Position numbers and translations under genes: made by a program
The notes under the pieces: generated by a model
Databases searched by the model: none
Told to the model about the DNA's origin: nothing
The model's input: only the letters and a program-made list of their open reading frames with translations
Shown: one piece after another, positions 1-9,859 of the stretch
Layout of the letters: each line of letters starts with the position of its first letter
How positions within the stretch are numbered: the first letter of the stretch is position 1
Source of the DNA: Candidatus Micrarchaeota archaeon
Lineage (GTDB): Archaea; Micrarchaeota; Micrarchaeia; Norongarragalinales; Norongarragalinaceae
Direction of reading: 5' to 3'
NCBI GenBank assembly: GCA_013360305.1
Contig: JABWCK010000001.1
Span: 17,209 to 81,208 of the forward strand
Length of the DNA stretch: 64,000 nt

Positions 1-1
1 T

Positions 2-607
2 GAAATAATAATCAACGGAGCACTAGAATATTCAGCATACAAAGAAGCAGTTGAAACCGCTTTAAACAGCGGGACGTATAACGTCGAAAACTATGATAAA
101 GAAAATGAAACAGACACTGCACCAAACCCAGCATATAATGACAATGTCGACTCTCAGCTCGCACTAATTTTAACAGAGCTCGAAAACGGTAACGAAATAA
201 TACACACTAGAATAGTTTTTCCTGCTGAAATAGGCTTAGAGAAAATGGGAAACATTTTATCAGAAAACGGGTTCACAATCGAATCATTTAATTCTGAAGC
301 AATTTACGCAAATTCTGAAGCCAACAAAATAAAAAGAGTTTCTACCCACCAAGGAGTAAAAATATACTTAAACACAAACTACCCATTACCCCAAACAATA
401 ACTCAAAAAACAGCAGATAAAATCGACTTAAAAAATAAAGAAGAACAAAAAACAGAAGACAAACCATTGAAGATAACGTTAGTTCAAAAAAGAAAAACTA
501 CCTTTTTTGGTTTTCCAATAGAGTACGAAATTAAAAAAACAATAAACAATTCAGGAAAAATAGAAAAAACCGACAAGCCATGGTGGGCGTTTTTATTCGG
601 AGATTGA
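2..607 (+). CDS. Hypothetical protein, 5'-partial (frame is open from window start; ORF track only shows the part from the first Met at 245)
   Basis: Frame 2 has no stop from nt 2 to the TGA at 605-607; K/E/N-rich low-complexity product; no recognisable motif. Confidence 0.35.
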   Translation, partial: EIIINGALEYSAYKEAVETALNSGTYNVENYDKENETDTAPNPAYNDNVDSQLALILTELENGNEIIHTRIVFPAEIGLEKMGNILSENGFTIESFNSEAIYANSEANKIKRVSTHQGVKIYLNTNYPLPQTITQKTADKIDLKNKEEQKTEDKPLKITLVQKRKTTFFGFPIEYEIKKTINNSGKIEKTDKPWWAFLFGD

Positions 608-611
608 AATA

Positions 612-3515
612 ATGAAAAAATTCGCAATAATTGCACTAGTCTTACTGTTAACGCCATTAATCGCCACTGACGCAGATGACGATTTTTGTGATACAACAGT
701 ACATAATGCATTAAGTGGGGAAGAATTTTTTTATGATCAACATATAGACTCTCCCGGAGATGTGGACTGGTTTCACGGATACCAGCCAATGACTTTTCAA
801 GTGCGGATAAATATGATTCCTCCACACAATAAAGACTACGATATCGAAATTTATTCATCAAACTGTAACAACTTGGTAGCAACGTGTTCTAGCGGAACAG
901 GAGCTACTGAAAATTGTTTTGCATTTGTTTCTGGAGACTATTATGCAAAAGTAGTTGGAAAAAACAACGACTACGAGCCGAACGCTTCATATTTTATAAC
1001 ATCGGGAAGCGGCTTTGGAAGTTGTTCAATGAGTCCAACAGATGGAACTCCAGCCAAAGCGTTTTTTTATCGTAATGAAAACTTAAACTCAGTAAATTTC
1101 AAGTTCAAAAACACTAATACTATAACGGTTGCAGCTTACCTTAACCACCAATTATATCGGCCATCGCCTAACAACGGGTTTTTGCAAGAACAATTAATAT
1201 TTCAAGAATACCAAATATCGCCAGGACAAACCTTTTTCAGTAATTCACAATTTGTTCCAGGCGGAAACGGTTGGCCCGATATTGGAACTTATACCCATAA
1301 AGCAATAATGCTAACGTATTGTCCATCAACTGGCTTTAATGGAATAGTCACTCCATTATCTTTTTCAGACCCAATCGTAAGTTGCACTCAAAATGGAGGC
1401 GAATGCAGTTTCCCAGGAACAAGCACTCTAAATTGTTGCAGTACTTACTGCAATACTCAATTCCAATGCGATAACTTCCCCACCCCAACGCCTACACCCA
1501 CACCTACGGCTACTCCGACTCCAACACCGACAGGAACGCCTACTCCTACTGCAACGCCTACGCCTTCTGGTACTCCTACGCCTACACCAAATCCTGCTAG
1601 TCGGCCGGTTATTTTCTTAGAAGACGCTGCGGATAATATTAATATATTCAAACAACCCGGAGATTATTTGAATATCAACATAGCGTCACCAGAAAGCCAG
1701 CCTATTACGATATCTTATGATGATTCCCGGCTTCAACTAATTTCAGGCGTTTGCAACAAAGGAACTGCGTTATTAGTGTCTGGAAATAATTACTGCAAGT
1801 TTTTGATTGATTACTCTGCGCCGAATAATGCTTACCAATTCAGTGCTTCGGGTGGTTTTGGAACAGTAAACAGTCCCTTCGTTCAAGTAACAAGTAATCC
1901 AGCGGGATTAATGGTTACTAACAAGCAAAAGTTAACCGAGAGGTATAATGACGCTGCGGGAGCTAAGAGTGTTTTGGAACTAGCCTTCAGTAAAGCTCAA
2001 ACAAGGAAGACTATTGTTTACGACTTGAATGACTACTTGGAAAACCATCCCTTCAATTCTATTTATTCTTATAATGAAGACCCGTTGAATCCAAGTATTC
2101 CAGACAACAACGCTTACGCTAATAGCGTTTCTAGTTTTGTTAAACAAAAATGCGGAAAATGCACTAGCATAGACATTATCGGCGACGACTACGTCGTGCC
2201 TCACTATAGAATTGACTATGTTTCTTTAGCTAATTCGTTTAACTTGTTTGAAACACTGCAAGGACCTCAAACAAAATACATTTATTCCGACACTCCGCTT
2301 ATTCCCAAGTCTGAAAAGCCATTCAGCGAACTAGATGACTTGTTTACTTTCGAACAAATACAATTTGTTGTTCCTGACTCGATGAGTTCAGACATGCAGT
2401 CTAACTTGACTGCATTAAAGAACACTATTAGAGCAAAATATCCTTTCTCGACTATTGTTGCAGACTTGAAATCAAGTCAAGTAACTTGTGAAACGACTCA
2501 ATTAACCGGAAAAACACTCGTCTTGATCGGAGATCGTTCAAATAATAACGCCATCAAGTGCGTTCCTTGGTTCGGCAACATTCAAGACTCGGTTTCAATA
2601 GAAAGAAGCGTTTGGGGAAGTACAAGCAACTTACTTGCAAGAAAGAATTACGCCATAGTATTGTCTACTAACACTCCAGACATAGTAGCATCGTTCAGAG
2701 TAATCATTCAAGAAGATATGTTTTCCAACACAAACGAATCAACAATTACGTTCATAGAAACCACGCTAGAAGCTTGTGAATTGGTCGGGATAGTACCGCC
2801 TTTCGATATTGCAGGAGATTTTTGTGGTTTCGCTAATGATTGTGGACATTTTGGGTCTACACTAGTTCAAAGACATTCTTTAGACCAAGAAAGAGGAGCT
2901 TACTGTGGCATGAGCGTCTTGTTCATAGCATTACCAGGAATTCCTGGGGGCCCAATTAAAAAACTCGCTAAAGAGAGTAAAGATTTTGCTAGAGGATTGT
3001 TAAAACTAGACATAAAAGCAACAAAACAACTTGAAAAAATATTAAAAGCAGTAAACAATCCAAAATTTGCCTATCAAAAAGTAATGGAAGATATTGGAAC
3101 GCTAAAGGCTACACCTAACTTCCATTTGTTTTTAGAGAAACTAATTAAAGAAACAGCTAGCCAACCATCAAATTTAGGAAAATTAACCGAACTAAGACAT
3201 GGCGCAAATAGGAAAAAAGCAGGGAGTACAATATTAGGCATAACACAGGATCTACAAGGATCAGGGGGAATAAAACAAGAAATAGACTTAATACACGACT
3301 TTAATGGAGAAAGATATTTAGACGAAGTAAAAAGCTCTAACTTTTTACAACTAGATACGAGATTAAAAGACGAACTCAAAAGATATGATGAATTAAGAAA
3401 ACAAGGACTCGGAGATAAAGTAAGATTAGTAACAGCAGGTACAGTATCAGAGGATGTTAAAAACTATATTAGAAACGAAAACTTGGTCATAGAAATAATA
3501 GAAAACGGAATATAA
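612..3515 (+). CDS. Large secreted/cell-surface protein with N-terminal signal peptide and a Pro-Thr-rich linker
   Basis: N-terminus MKKFAIIALVLLLTPLIATDA (signal-peptide-like); Cys-rich N-terminal module; PTPTPTPTPTATPTPTPTGTPTPTATP linker (nt ~1480-1600); 967 aa; many NxS/T sequons. Confidence 0.55.
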   Translation: MKKFAIIALVLLLTPLIATDADDDFCDTTVHNALSGEEFFYDQHIDSPGDVDWFHGYQPMTFQVRINMIPPHNKDYDIEIYSSNCNNLVATCSSGTGATENCFAFVSGDYYAKVVGKNNDYEPNASYFITSGSGFGSCSMSPTDGTPAKAFFYRNENLNSVNFKFKNTNTITVAAYLNHQLYRPSPNNGFLQEQLIFQEYQISPGQTFFSNSQFVPGGNGWPDIGTYTHKAIMLTYCPSTGFNGIVTPLSFSDPIVSCTQNGGECSFPGTSTLNCCSTYCNTQFQCDNFPTPTPTPTPTATPTPTPTGTPTPTATPTPSGTPTPTPNPASRPVIFLEDAADNINIFKQPGDYLNINIASPESQPITISYDDSRLQLISGVCNKGTALLVSGNNYCKFLIDYSAPNNAYQFSASGGFGTVNSPFVQVTSNPAGLMVTNKQKLTERYNDAAGAKSVLELAFSKAQTRKTIVYDLNDYLENHPFNSIYSYNEDPLNPSIPDNNAYANSVSSFVKQKCGKCTSIDIIGDDYVVPHYRIDYVSLANSFNLFETLQGPQTKYIYSDTPLIPKSEKPFSELDDLFTFEQIQFVVPDSMSSDMQSNLTALKNTIRAKYPFSTIVADLKSSQVTCETTQLTGKTLVLIGDRSNNNAIKCVPWFGNIQDSVSIERSVWGSTSNLLARKNYAIVLSTNTPDIVASFRVIIQEDMFSNTNESTITFIETTLEACELVGIVPPFDIAGDFCGFANDCGHFGSTLVQRHSLDQERGAYCGMSVLFIALPGIPGGPIKKLAKESKDFARGLLKLDIKATKQLEKILKAVNNPKFAYQKVMEDIGTLKATPNFHLFLEKLIKETASQPSNLGKLTELRHGANRKKAGSTILGITQDLQGSGGIKQEIDLIHDFNGERYLDEVKSSNFLQLDTRLKDELKRYDELRKQGLGDKVRLVTAGTVSEDVKNYIRNENLVIEIIENGI

Positions 3516-3527
3516 AGAGGTAAAAAA

Positions 3528-4106
3528 ATGTTAGATAAACTCGTATTACAAGTTCAAGAATTAAATTGGCGAGAATATCCCGGCAAAAATAAAGACGGCC
3601 ACTTATGGAAACAAGGAGAAAAAATAATTCTTGGCGTTACGTCTTATTTTTCATCCAAACTAGAGCTCGCAAATACAAAAAACAAAAACTTAACGCAAGT
3701 CTATAAATGCGTATACTCTTTTCAGGGAGAAATAATAGCAGCATATAAAAAAATAAGCAATTCTGAAGAAGGATTAGTAATAGTAAACGCAGGCGAATTG
3801 ATGTTTTTGATCAGAATAGATCCGTTAGAAGGAAACATAATGCAGTTTAAAAAAGGACAAATGATCACGGGAAGAATCGTTTTAGGTGCGATATACTCTA
3901 AAAACGAGTATCCGATTACCAGTACAATACTAGAAATAAAAAAAATTACTGAAGGCGAATTCGAAAAAATAAGAGAACAAATGTCGATACCTGAATTCGA
4001 AATAGAAAGCAGCGGAACTACTATGATTACAATAAACAATATTACTCAAGAAGTCAAGCGACTTCCAAAAATAGATACAACTTATTTGAAAAAAACCGAG
4101 GAATAA
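3528..4106 (+). CDS. Hypothetical protein (192 aa) between the two giant surface-protein genes
   Basis: Intact ORF, tightly spaced with flanking genes (13 nt after the upstream stop, 3 nt before the downstream start); no motif recognised. Confidence 0.4.
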   Translation: MLDKLVLQVQELNWREYPGKNKDGHLWKQGEKIILGVTSYFSSKLELANTKNKNLTQVYKCVYSFQGEIIAAYKKISNSEEGLVIVNAGELMFLIRIDPLEGNIMQFKKGQMITGRIVLGAIYSKNEYPITSTILEIKKITEGEFEKIREQMSIPEFEIESSGTTMITINNITQEVKRLPKIDTTYLKKTEE

Positions 4107-4109
4107 AAA

Positions 4110-7100
4110 ATGAATAAACACTCGCGTCTTGCACTGTTTGCTGTCGCATTGCTTAGCTCGAGTTTTGTCTTAGCGGCGTCTTCGCAGTATGAGTCGGCTG
4201 CGGTTTCTAGGATTGTTGGCGACAGCATTAGTGAGTTAAAACAGCAATTAAGCCAAGGGGACAAGGTTTTCCAGCACGGTACTTACTATACAGTCGAATA
4301 CCCGAGTCTTGGTTGTTTGATTACTAATAACGAGCCGGGCAACAAGGTTTGTCAGAATAAGGCGTTGTTCGAACAAAGCTTTCCAGGCAGTTTTTCTTAT
4401 GGCGATGGTAGTTTTAGTAGTTGGAGTTGGAATGAGTTAAAGAACGAGTTTGATGATTGGGCTAACAACGAGTTATTTTTATTAGAATCAAACGGGGTTT
4501 TAACTAGCAACGGAGTGGTTTTGGTTAACAGGGCAGGACAACAATTAACACCTAATGATGTAATAGTGAAAAATGCTTTTGCTAATAGAAAACCATTATT
4601 TGTTTCTGATGCGGAGTATGGGGGATTGTACTTGCCTAATACTTTAGCAGGAGACAAGTCGTTTATTGGCGCGTTGGGCCAGGACTCTGTTAGCATCGCT
4701 ACCACATCAGTAAAGAATCGAGAGTTTACGCTGGCTTTAATGTGTTATTTGACTAGGGACAAAAACGTTGGTGAAGCATTCAGGGAAGCTAGGAATAATT
4801 ATTACTGGGGTTCTGGAAAACCCAGCGGCTTGGCGTTAATGTCATACTTCTTGTATGGCACTACTAGCGTCAACTATTCTATGCCCGCCCAAATACTGGA
4901 AAGCGATTGGAAGAAACAATGCAGTACTTACTTTAATTCCACGGGCTTCTCAATAGTGACGGGCAGCGATGTTTATGGCGATGTGAGGGGAACAAAGGCA
5001 GAAATATTGTTTGATTCACCGGAACCTTTAGTTCAAGAAATTAGTTTAGACTTCAATAATTACCAAATTATTGATTTCAATAATTATTCATTGTTAACAG
5101 TTAACGGAACCGCATTAAGAAGCGAGTTTTTAGAATTGCCGTTACCGGTCAAGACGATTATTTCAAAGTTTCCAGAAAAAACAATCATAGTAAACATTAC
5201 AGTAACTTCCAAAACCAATCCAATCGATTTAGATTTGAATATTCCTTCATGGAACGGAACGCAATTAATAGATAGGCTTTGTTCTTCAAACGCTACTCAA
5301 GCAGGAATAAACTTTACTGGCGCAGTCATTGAAGACGATTCGTCCACGATAGTAGACGTAAACCCGGTGGAAGTAGTTAATTGTGAAGAAGGACGATTCA
5401 AGTTGTATAGAAGTTTAGTGTATAGGATTGAGTACTTGCCTTATTCGCCGGTTTTAATAAAAACACTAGACTACGCCAATCCAGTCTTGCCTAGCACTCA
5501 AGTTAATTTGACTGCGCAATTGGAACTAGTTGGTTTCTTGAGTAATTCTACAGGAGAATACGAACCAGACGAAAACACTGTCGCGCTGTACCACTTCAAC
5601 GAAGAAGGTACTGAGGAAATAGTAGATTCATCTGGAAACGGTTTTAATGGAATAGGTCAAAACTTGCTTTCTATAGAAGGTGTTTATGATAATGGCGTTT
5701 CATTTAGTGAACCAAATTCTTATGCTAACTTTACTCAAAACGAGTTGGGTTTTGAAACGAACTTCACAGTCGAAGCACGCATAAAAATAGGAAACATTCC
5801 TGAATCGTACGAAATGTTTATTTCAAGAGAAGGATGGGGTGGTAATTACTACTTAGGTATAACCCCAGAAGGAAAAGCATACACTCAAATAAACATCGAC
5901 CAAACAGGGTACGCATTAACTAGCGACAGGATTATTGCGGATGGAGAATGGCATCACGTTGCATTGACGTATGACGGAGTTGTTTTCAAGCAATGGATTG
6001 ATGGAGTTGAAGAAAAAAGCACTGAACTAACGGGCGTCGCATACTCGGATCCGAGACAAACGACTTGGTTTGGAGGAAAGCAAAGCGCGGATATTTACAA
6101 ATTCCATGGAGAATTAGATGAAGCAAGGTTCAGTAATACGGCAAGAACAGAATTTAACGCTAACAGTATTAGTGGCAGACTAGTTTTGAAGAATGGAAAC
6201 GAAATCGTTGCTCAAAAACAATACAACGGCGAAACTAGCCAAGTGTTGGAATTTGACTCAGATGATGAAGAAAAAATCACTAGCTATAAGTTGGAGTTCG
6301 TTGAAAAAAACGAAGCCAAAGCAACTAAGAGTTTTGATTTGGAAACATTGTTGTTGAAAACTTGGGTAGAAATTCCTGAACTAGTTGAAAACGAGAGGAC
6401 TACTACAACTTTGAAACTGGACAACAAGCTCGACCATTCGATTAATGCTAATATTACTTACTTTTTATACAACAAGACTAGCTACGTGGAAGAAAGAACA
6501 GTACAAAAAACCTTGATTCCAGGAGTTAATTCTGACGAACAAGAATTCACTGGATTAAAGCGAAGCAATATTGCTTACTCTCTTACGGCAGTAATTTACT
6601 ACGAAGGAAGGAACAAAACGGTTTCTGGAGTTATTACGACTAACCACGCTCCAGAATTAAGCGAAATACAAGACATTACGGTAAACGAGACTCAGGTCGT
6701 TTTAATCAATCCCCAAGCAACCGACTTGGAAGAAGACCCGATAACTTTTGAAATAAGCTCACCGGTTGGAAATGATGGAGTTTGGAATACTACCTACAAT
6801 GATTCCGGAACTTACTTCGTTAGAGTAAATGCTAGCGATGGATTATTGAAAGACTCTAGGCTAGTAAAATTAACGATACTAAACAAAAACCGCCCTCCAA
6901 TTCTTCAACTTATCGGCAGCAAGAACGTAAACGAGGAACAACTGCTTCAAATACAATTAAACGCGTCAGACGCGGACGGGGAAGAAATAACGTACTCGAC
7001 TAGCGCAAGCGAAGTATTACCTTCAAATTATTCCTTTAATTCGACTACGGGATTATTCAAGTGGACGCCTGCACAAGGAGAAGCTGGAACGTATTTTGTT

Positions 7101-8507
7101 TCATTCAACGCTTCGGATTTAGAAGACCAAGATTTTGAAGTAGTAAAAATAACCGTGAACTCAACTCAAAACCACGCGCCAATACTATCAAGCATAGGAA
7201 ACAAAACAGTAAACGAAAACCAAACCCTAACGATTCAATTGAATGCTTCCGACTCTGACAACGACGAACTAGTTTTTGGAACTAACGCGTTTACAAAATT
7301 ACCAAGCGCGTTCTCATTCAACACTAGTACGGGAAAACTAGTTTGGACGCCGACTTTTGAAGACGCAGGAATATACAACGTGTTGTTTAACGTCACCGAC
7401 GGATCGTTAACAGATAGTGAAACAATAAACATTACGGTAAAAAATGTTAATCGGGCACCAGCATTAACCGACCCCGGAAACAAACAAATAGAAGAAAACA
7501 ACAAGCTAACCATCCAACTAACAGCTACAGACGCTGACGGAGACGCAGTAAACTATTCATCAAACGCAAACACGGCACTACCAAGCACTTACGCGCTTAA
7601 TTCCACTACCGGCTTGTTTGAATGGACGCCCAGACTAATTGATGCAGGAACTTACAGCGTTACCTTTGGAGCTAGCGATGGACAAGCAACCACGCTAAAA
7701 ACCATTAGTATAACAGTCAACAACTCGCTAGTTCCCGGTCCAGTAAGCCCAGACTATAAAGGCAAACCCACCAACCCAAGCGTTAACGGCAAACTAGACT
7801 CTTTTGGAGCGTTGTACTTTGTTTGGGAAAGAATTTCAAACGCTAAAAACTATTCAGTATCAGTAAAATACAACGGGCCTTACGCTAACTCTTTCGACTA
7901 TCCTAACGTTACTTACACCAACCAATCTGCTTCAGGAAACATTTCCCTACCAATTCCTGCCACACAAATGGACAAGCAAGCAGACGGATTTTACGAGTGG
8001 AGAATAGGCGCGTGCATTGGCGCGAGTCCAACAAACTGCGCCTGGCACGAATACTCTGACACTTGGTTTAGCTTTAATAAAACAATGATTCCAGAAACAC
8101 TAGGCCCGCAATCACAAACACTAACCACCAATACCAAGCTAGAATGGAATGCTTCAAGACACGACGCTGCAGTAAACGGCTTAGAACTAGGAGGAAAGCC
8201 AGACTACTTAATAATCAAACTGCAAGGCTTAACTGGAAGTCAAAATACTTGTTTGAGCGAACCGCTTCCAGCTAATTGTTACTTAGTATTTCCTTACAAG
8301 ACAAGCAGTGAAGGTATCCCCGGACAAGCAGGATATCAAGGAAACTACTACCAATTCAACCAAACATACTACAACCAAATAGCCCAAGGAACTTACGACT
8401 GGAGTATTTCACTATTCGAAGGCGAATTATCAACAGATCCTTACTACAAGCAATTAAGACTACAAAAAACCAGGTTCGGACAAACCAAAACAATAACTAA
8501 AAACTGA
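4110..8507 (+). CDS. Giant (1465 aa) extracellular adhesin-like protein: signal peptide, LamG/ConA-like lectin domain, four tandem cadherin-like domains, Cys-containing C-terminal module
   Basis: MNKHSRLALFAVALLSSSFVLAASSQ signal peptide; LamG-like segment (GEWHHVALTYDGVVFKQWIDGVE...FHGELDEARFSNTAR); four ~90-aa repeats of the form N[HR]APxL..IGNKTVNENQ.L.IQLNASD.D.D...F....LPS.FSFN.STG...WTP....AG.Y.V.F.A.DG; dense N-glycosylation sequons. Confidence 0.7.
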   Translation: MNKHSRLALFAVALLSSSFVLAASSQYESAAVSRIVGDSISELKQQLSQGDKVFQHGTYYTVEYPSLGCLITNNEPGNKVCQNKALFEQSFPGSFSYGDGSFSSWSWNELKNEFDDWANNELFLLESNGVLTSNGVVLVNRAGQQLTPNDVIVKNAFANRKPLFVSDAEYGGLYLPNTLAGDKSFIGALGQDSVSIATTSVKNREFTLALMCYLTRDKNVGEAFREARNNYYWGSGKPSGLALMSYFLYGTTSVNYSMPAQILESDWKKQCSTYFNSTGFSIVTGSDVYGDVRGTKAEILFDSPEPLVQEISLDFNNYQIIDFNNYSLLTVNGTALRSEFLELPLPVKTIISKFPEKTIIVNITVTSKTNPIDLDLNIPSWNGTQLIDRLCSSNATQAGINFTGAVIEDDSSTIVDVNPVEVVNCEEGRFKLYRSLVYRIEYLPYSPVLIKTLDYANPVLPSTQVNLTAQLELVGFLSNSTGEYEPDENTVALYHFNEEGTEEIVDSSGNGFNGIGQNLLSIEGVYDNGVSFSEPNSYANFTQNELGFETNFTVEARIKIGNIPESYEMFISREGWGGNYYLGITPEGKAYTQINIDQTGYALTSDRIIADGEWHHVALTYDGVVFKQWIDGVEEKSTELTGVAYSDPRQTTWFGGKQSADIYKFHGELDEARFSNTARTEFNANSISGRLVLKNGNEIVAQKQYNGETSQVLEFDSDDEEKITSYKLEFVEKNEAKATKSFDLETLLLKTWVEIPELVENERTTTTLKLDNKLDHSINANITYFLYNKTSYVEERTVQKTLIPGVNSDEQEFTGLKRSNIAYSLTAVIYYEGRNKTVSGVITTNHAPELSEIQDITVNETQVVLINPQATDLEEDPITFEISSPVGNDGVWNTTYNDSGTYFVRVNASDGLLKDSRLVKLTILNKNRPPILQLIGSKNVNEEQLLQIQLNASDADGEEITYSTSASEVLPSNYSFNSTTGLFKWTPAQGEAGTYFVSFNASDLEDQDFEVVKITVNSTQNHAPILSSIGNKTVNENQTLTIQLNASDSDNDELVFGTNAFTKLPSAFSFNTSTGKLVWTPTFEDAGIYNVLFNVTDGSLTDSETINITVKNVNRAPALTDPGNKQIEENNKLTIQLTATDADGDAVNYSSNANTALPSTYALNSTTGLFEWTPRLIDAGTYSVTFGASDGQATTLKTISITVNNSLVPGPVSPDYKGKPTNPSVNGKLDSFGALYFVWERISNAKNYSVSVKYNGPYANSFDYPNVTYTNQSASGNISLPIPATQMDKQADGFYEWRIGACIGASPTNCAWHEYSDTWFSFNKTMIPETLGPQSQTLTTNTKLEWNASRHDAAVNGLELGGKPDYLIIKLQGLTGSQNTCLSEPLPANCYLVFPYKTSSEGIPGQAGYQGNYYQFNQTYYNQIAQGTYDWSISLFEGELSTDPYYKQLRLQKTRFGQTKTITKN
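6640..7735 (+). repeat. Four tandem in-frame cadherin-like (CADG-type) domain repeats inside the giant adhesin gene
   Basis: Repeat units begin at ~6646 (NHAPELS), ~6889 (NRPPILQ), ~7171 (NHAPILS), ~7450 (NRAPALT); period ~240-280 nt; conserved LNASD / FN.TTG.F.WTP / DG motifs. Confidence 0.55.
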
Positions 8508-8549
8508 AGATTCAAAACCGCTAAAAAGGCTTGTTTCGTAGTAGTTTAG

Positions 8550-9311
8550 ATGCCTGTTAATAAGATTCCTTTTGGTATTCCTGGTTTGGATGAAGCCTTA
8601 AACGGCGGGATTCCGGAAAACAACTTAGTGTTAATCTCTGGAGGCGCTGGTACGGGTAAGTCAACGCTTTGCTTGCAGTACTTAGTTAACGGTGCTAAGA
8701 AAGGAGAAAAAGGATTATACATTTCAACAGAACAAAACCTAGCTGACTTAAGCAAGCAAGGAGAACAATACGGCTGGAACTTGCAGGAACTAGTAGACAA
8801 AAACCTGCTTCGAGTAGTATACATTGATATCATTAGGGAAGACTTTGTTTTCAAAAAAATCAAAGACTCAATACAAGACTTTAAACCCAACCGACTAGTC
8901 ATTGACTCACTAAACACTTTATCTGACTTTACTGCCAGCACTGACTTTGCTAGACAACTATACATGCAACGCGGAACAATGTCCCCCACTATATCAGACA
9001 AAGTCCTGCCAGAAAACTTGACTGAAAACTTGTTAAAGCGAAAAATAATGATGGCATTCCTATCAGAAATCAAAAACACCAAAACCACCGCCCTACTAAC
9101 AAGCGAACTACCCGAAAAAGGCGACTACCTCTCCGCAGACGGAGTCAGCGAATTCCTAAGCGACGGCGTGATAATACTGAACTACTTAGGAGTAGGCTTA
9201 ACCCAATTTAGAAGCATACAAATAAGAAAAATGAGATATAGCAACCATGAAAAAGATTACATAGGCTATGACCTCAAAGCGGGAATAGAAATACAAAAGG
9301 ACGTGGTATAA
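8550..9311 (+). CDS. KaiC-like RecA-superfamily ATPase (single-domain archaeal KaiC/RadA-like signalling ATPase)
   Basis: IPFGIPGLDEALNGGIPENNLVLISGGAGTGKSTLCLQY (GIPGLD + Walker A), typical of archaeal KaiC homologues; 253 aa. Confidence 0.7.
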   Translation: MPVNKIPFGIPGLDEALNGGIPENNLVLISGGAGTGKSTLCLQYLVNGAKKGEKGLYISTEQNLADLSKQGEQYGWNLQELVDKNLLRVVYIDIIREDFVFKKIKDSIQDFKPNRLVIDSLNTLSDFTASTDFARQLYMQRGTMSPTISDKVLPENLTENLLKRKIMMAFLSEIKNTKTTALLTSELPEKGDYLSADGVSEFLSDGVIILNYLGVGLTQFRSIQIRKMRYSNHEKDYIGYDLKAGIEIQKDVV

Positions 9312-9859
9312 TGTTCTCTACTTTAACTAGGCTAATGATGCATAAACAAATGATCATTAACGCAGGGGAAGTAAAAATTTTCGACAACAACGTAGTATTA
9401 AACCCCCTTAGTACAGAAGTTAGCCTATATACCGAACTAAAAAAAACAAATCAAGAAAAAATCATATATTACAGTGCTAAAAAAGCTGGAAAAGAATGGT
9501 TTGGCAACATGATCAACAAATACGGGATGAAAGCAAAAGACGTAATGACTTGGGGACCAGAATTAATTGATTTAGGCGGATGGGGAATAGTAAAACCACT
9601 TGAAGCAGATATGATGAAAAAAGAATTTACTTTTGAGTTACAAAAATCCACCTTCGCCAGACAATATGGCAAATCAACAGAAGCAGTAGATTACTATTTT
9701 AGAGGATTTGTCACAGGCGCATGGTCGGCAATAACTAATACCGAATTAGAAGGAATAGAAATAAAATGTGCAGCCAAAGGAGACGCGACTTGTAAATTCT
9801 TATTAAAGGAAAAAACAAAATTCGACTCAAAAGATCCATTAGTAATTAAACAACTATAA
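9311..9859 (+). CDS. V4R (vinyl-4-reductase) domain protein, partner of the KaiC-like ATPase
   Basis: C-terminal IKCAAKGDATCKFLLKEK matches the V4R C-x3-GD-x2-C-x-F signature; start overlaps the KaiC-like stop (ATGA), implying co-translation. Confidence 0.5.
   Translation: MFSTLTRLMMHKQMIINAGEVKIFDNNVVLNPLSTEVSLYTELKKTNQEKIIYYSAKKAGKEWFGNMINKYGMKAKDVMTWGPELIDLGGWGIVKPLEADMMKKEFTFELQKSTFARQYGKSTEAVDYYFRGFVTGAWSAITNTELEGIEIKCAAKGDATCKFLLKEKTKFDSKDPLVIKQL

Noticed and set aside
1457-1651. Minus-strand ORF encoding GVGV(P)GVGV repeats
   Set aside because: It is the reverse complement of the Pro-Thr (CCNACN) linker of the 967-aa surface protein; antisense artefact of a low-complexity repeat.
8546-9088. 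180-aa ORF on the minus strand
   Set aside because: Entirely antisense to the KaiC-like gene, which has clear Walker motifs; no motif of its own.
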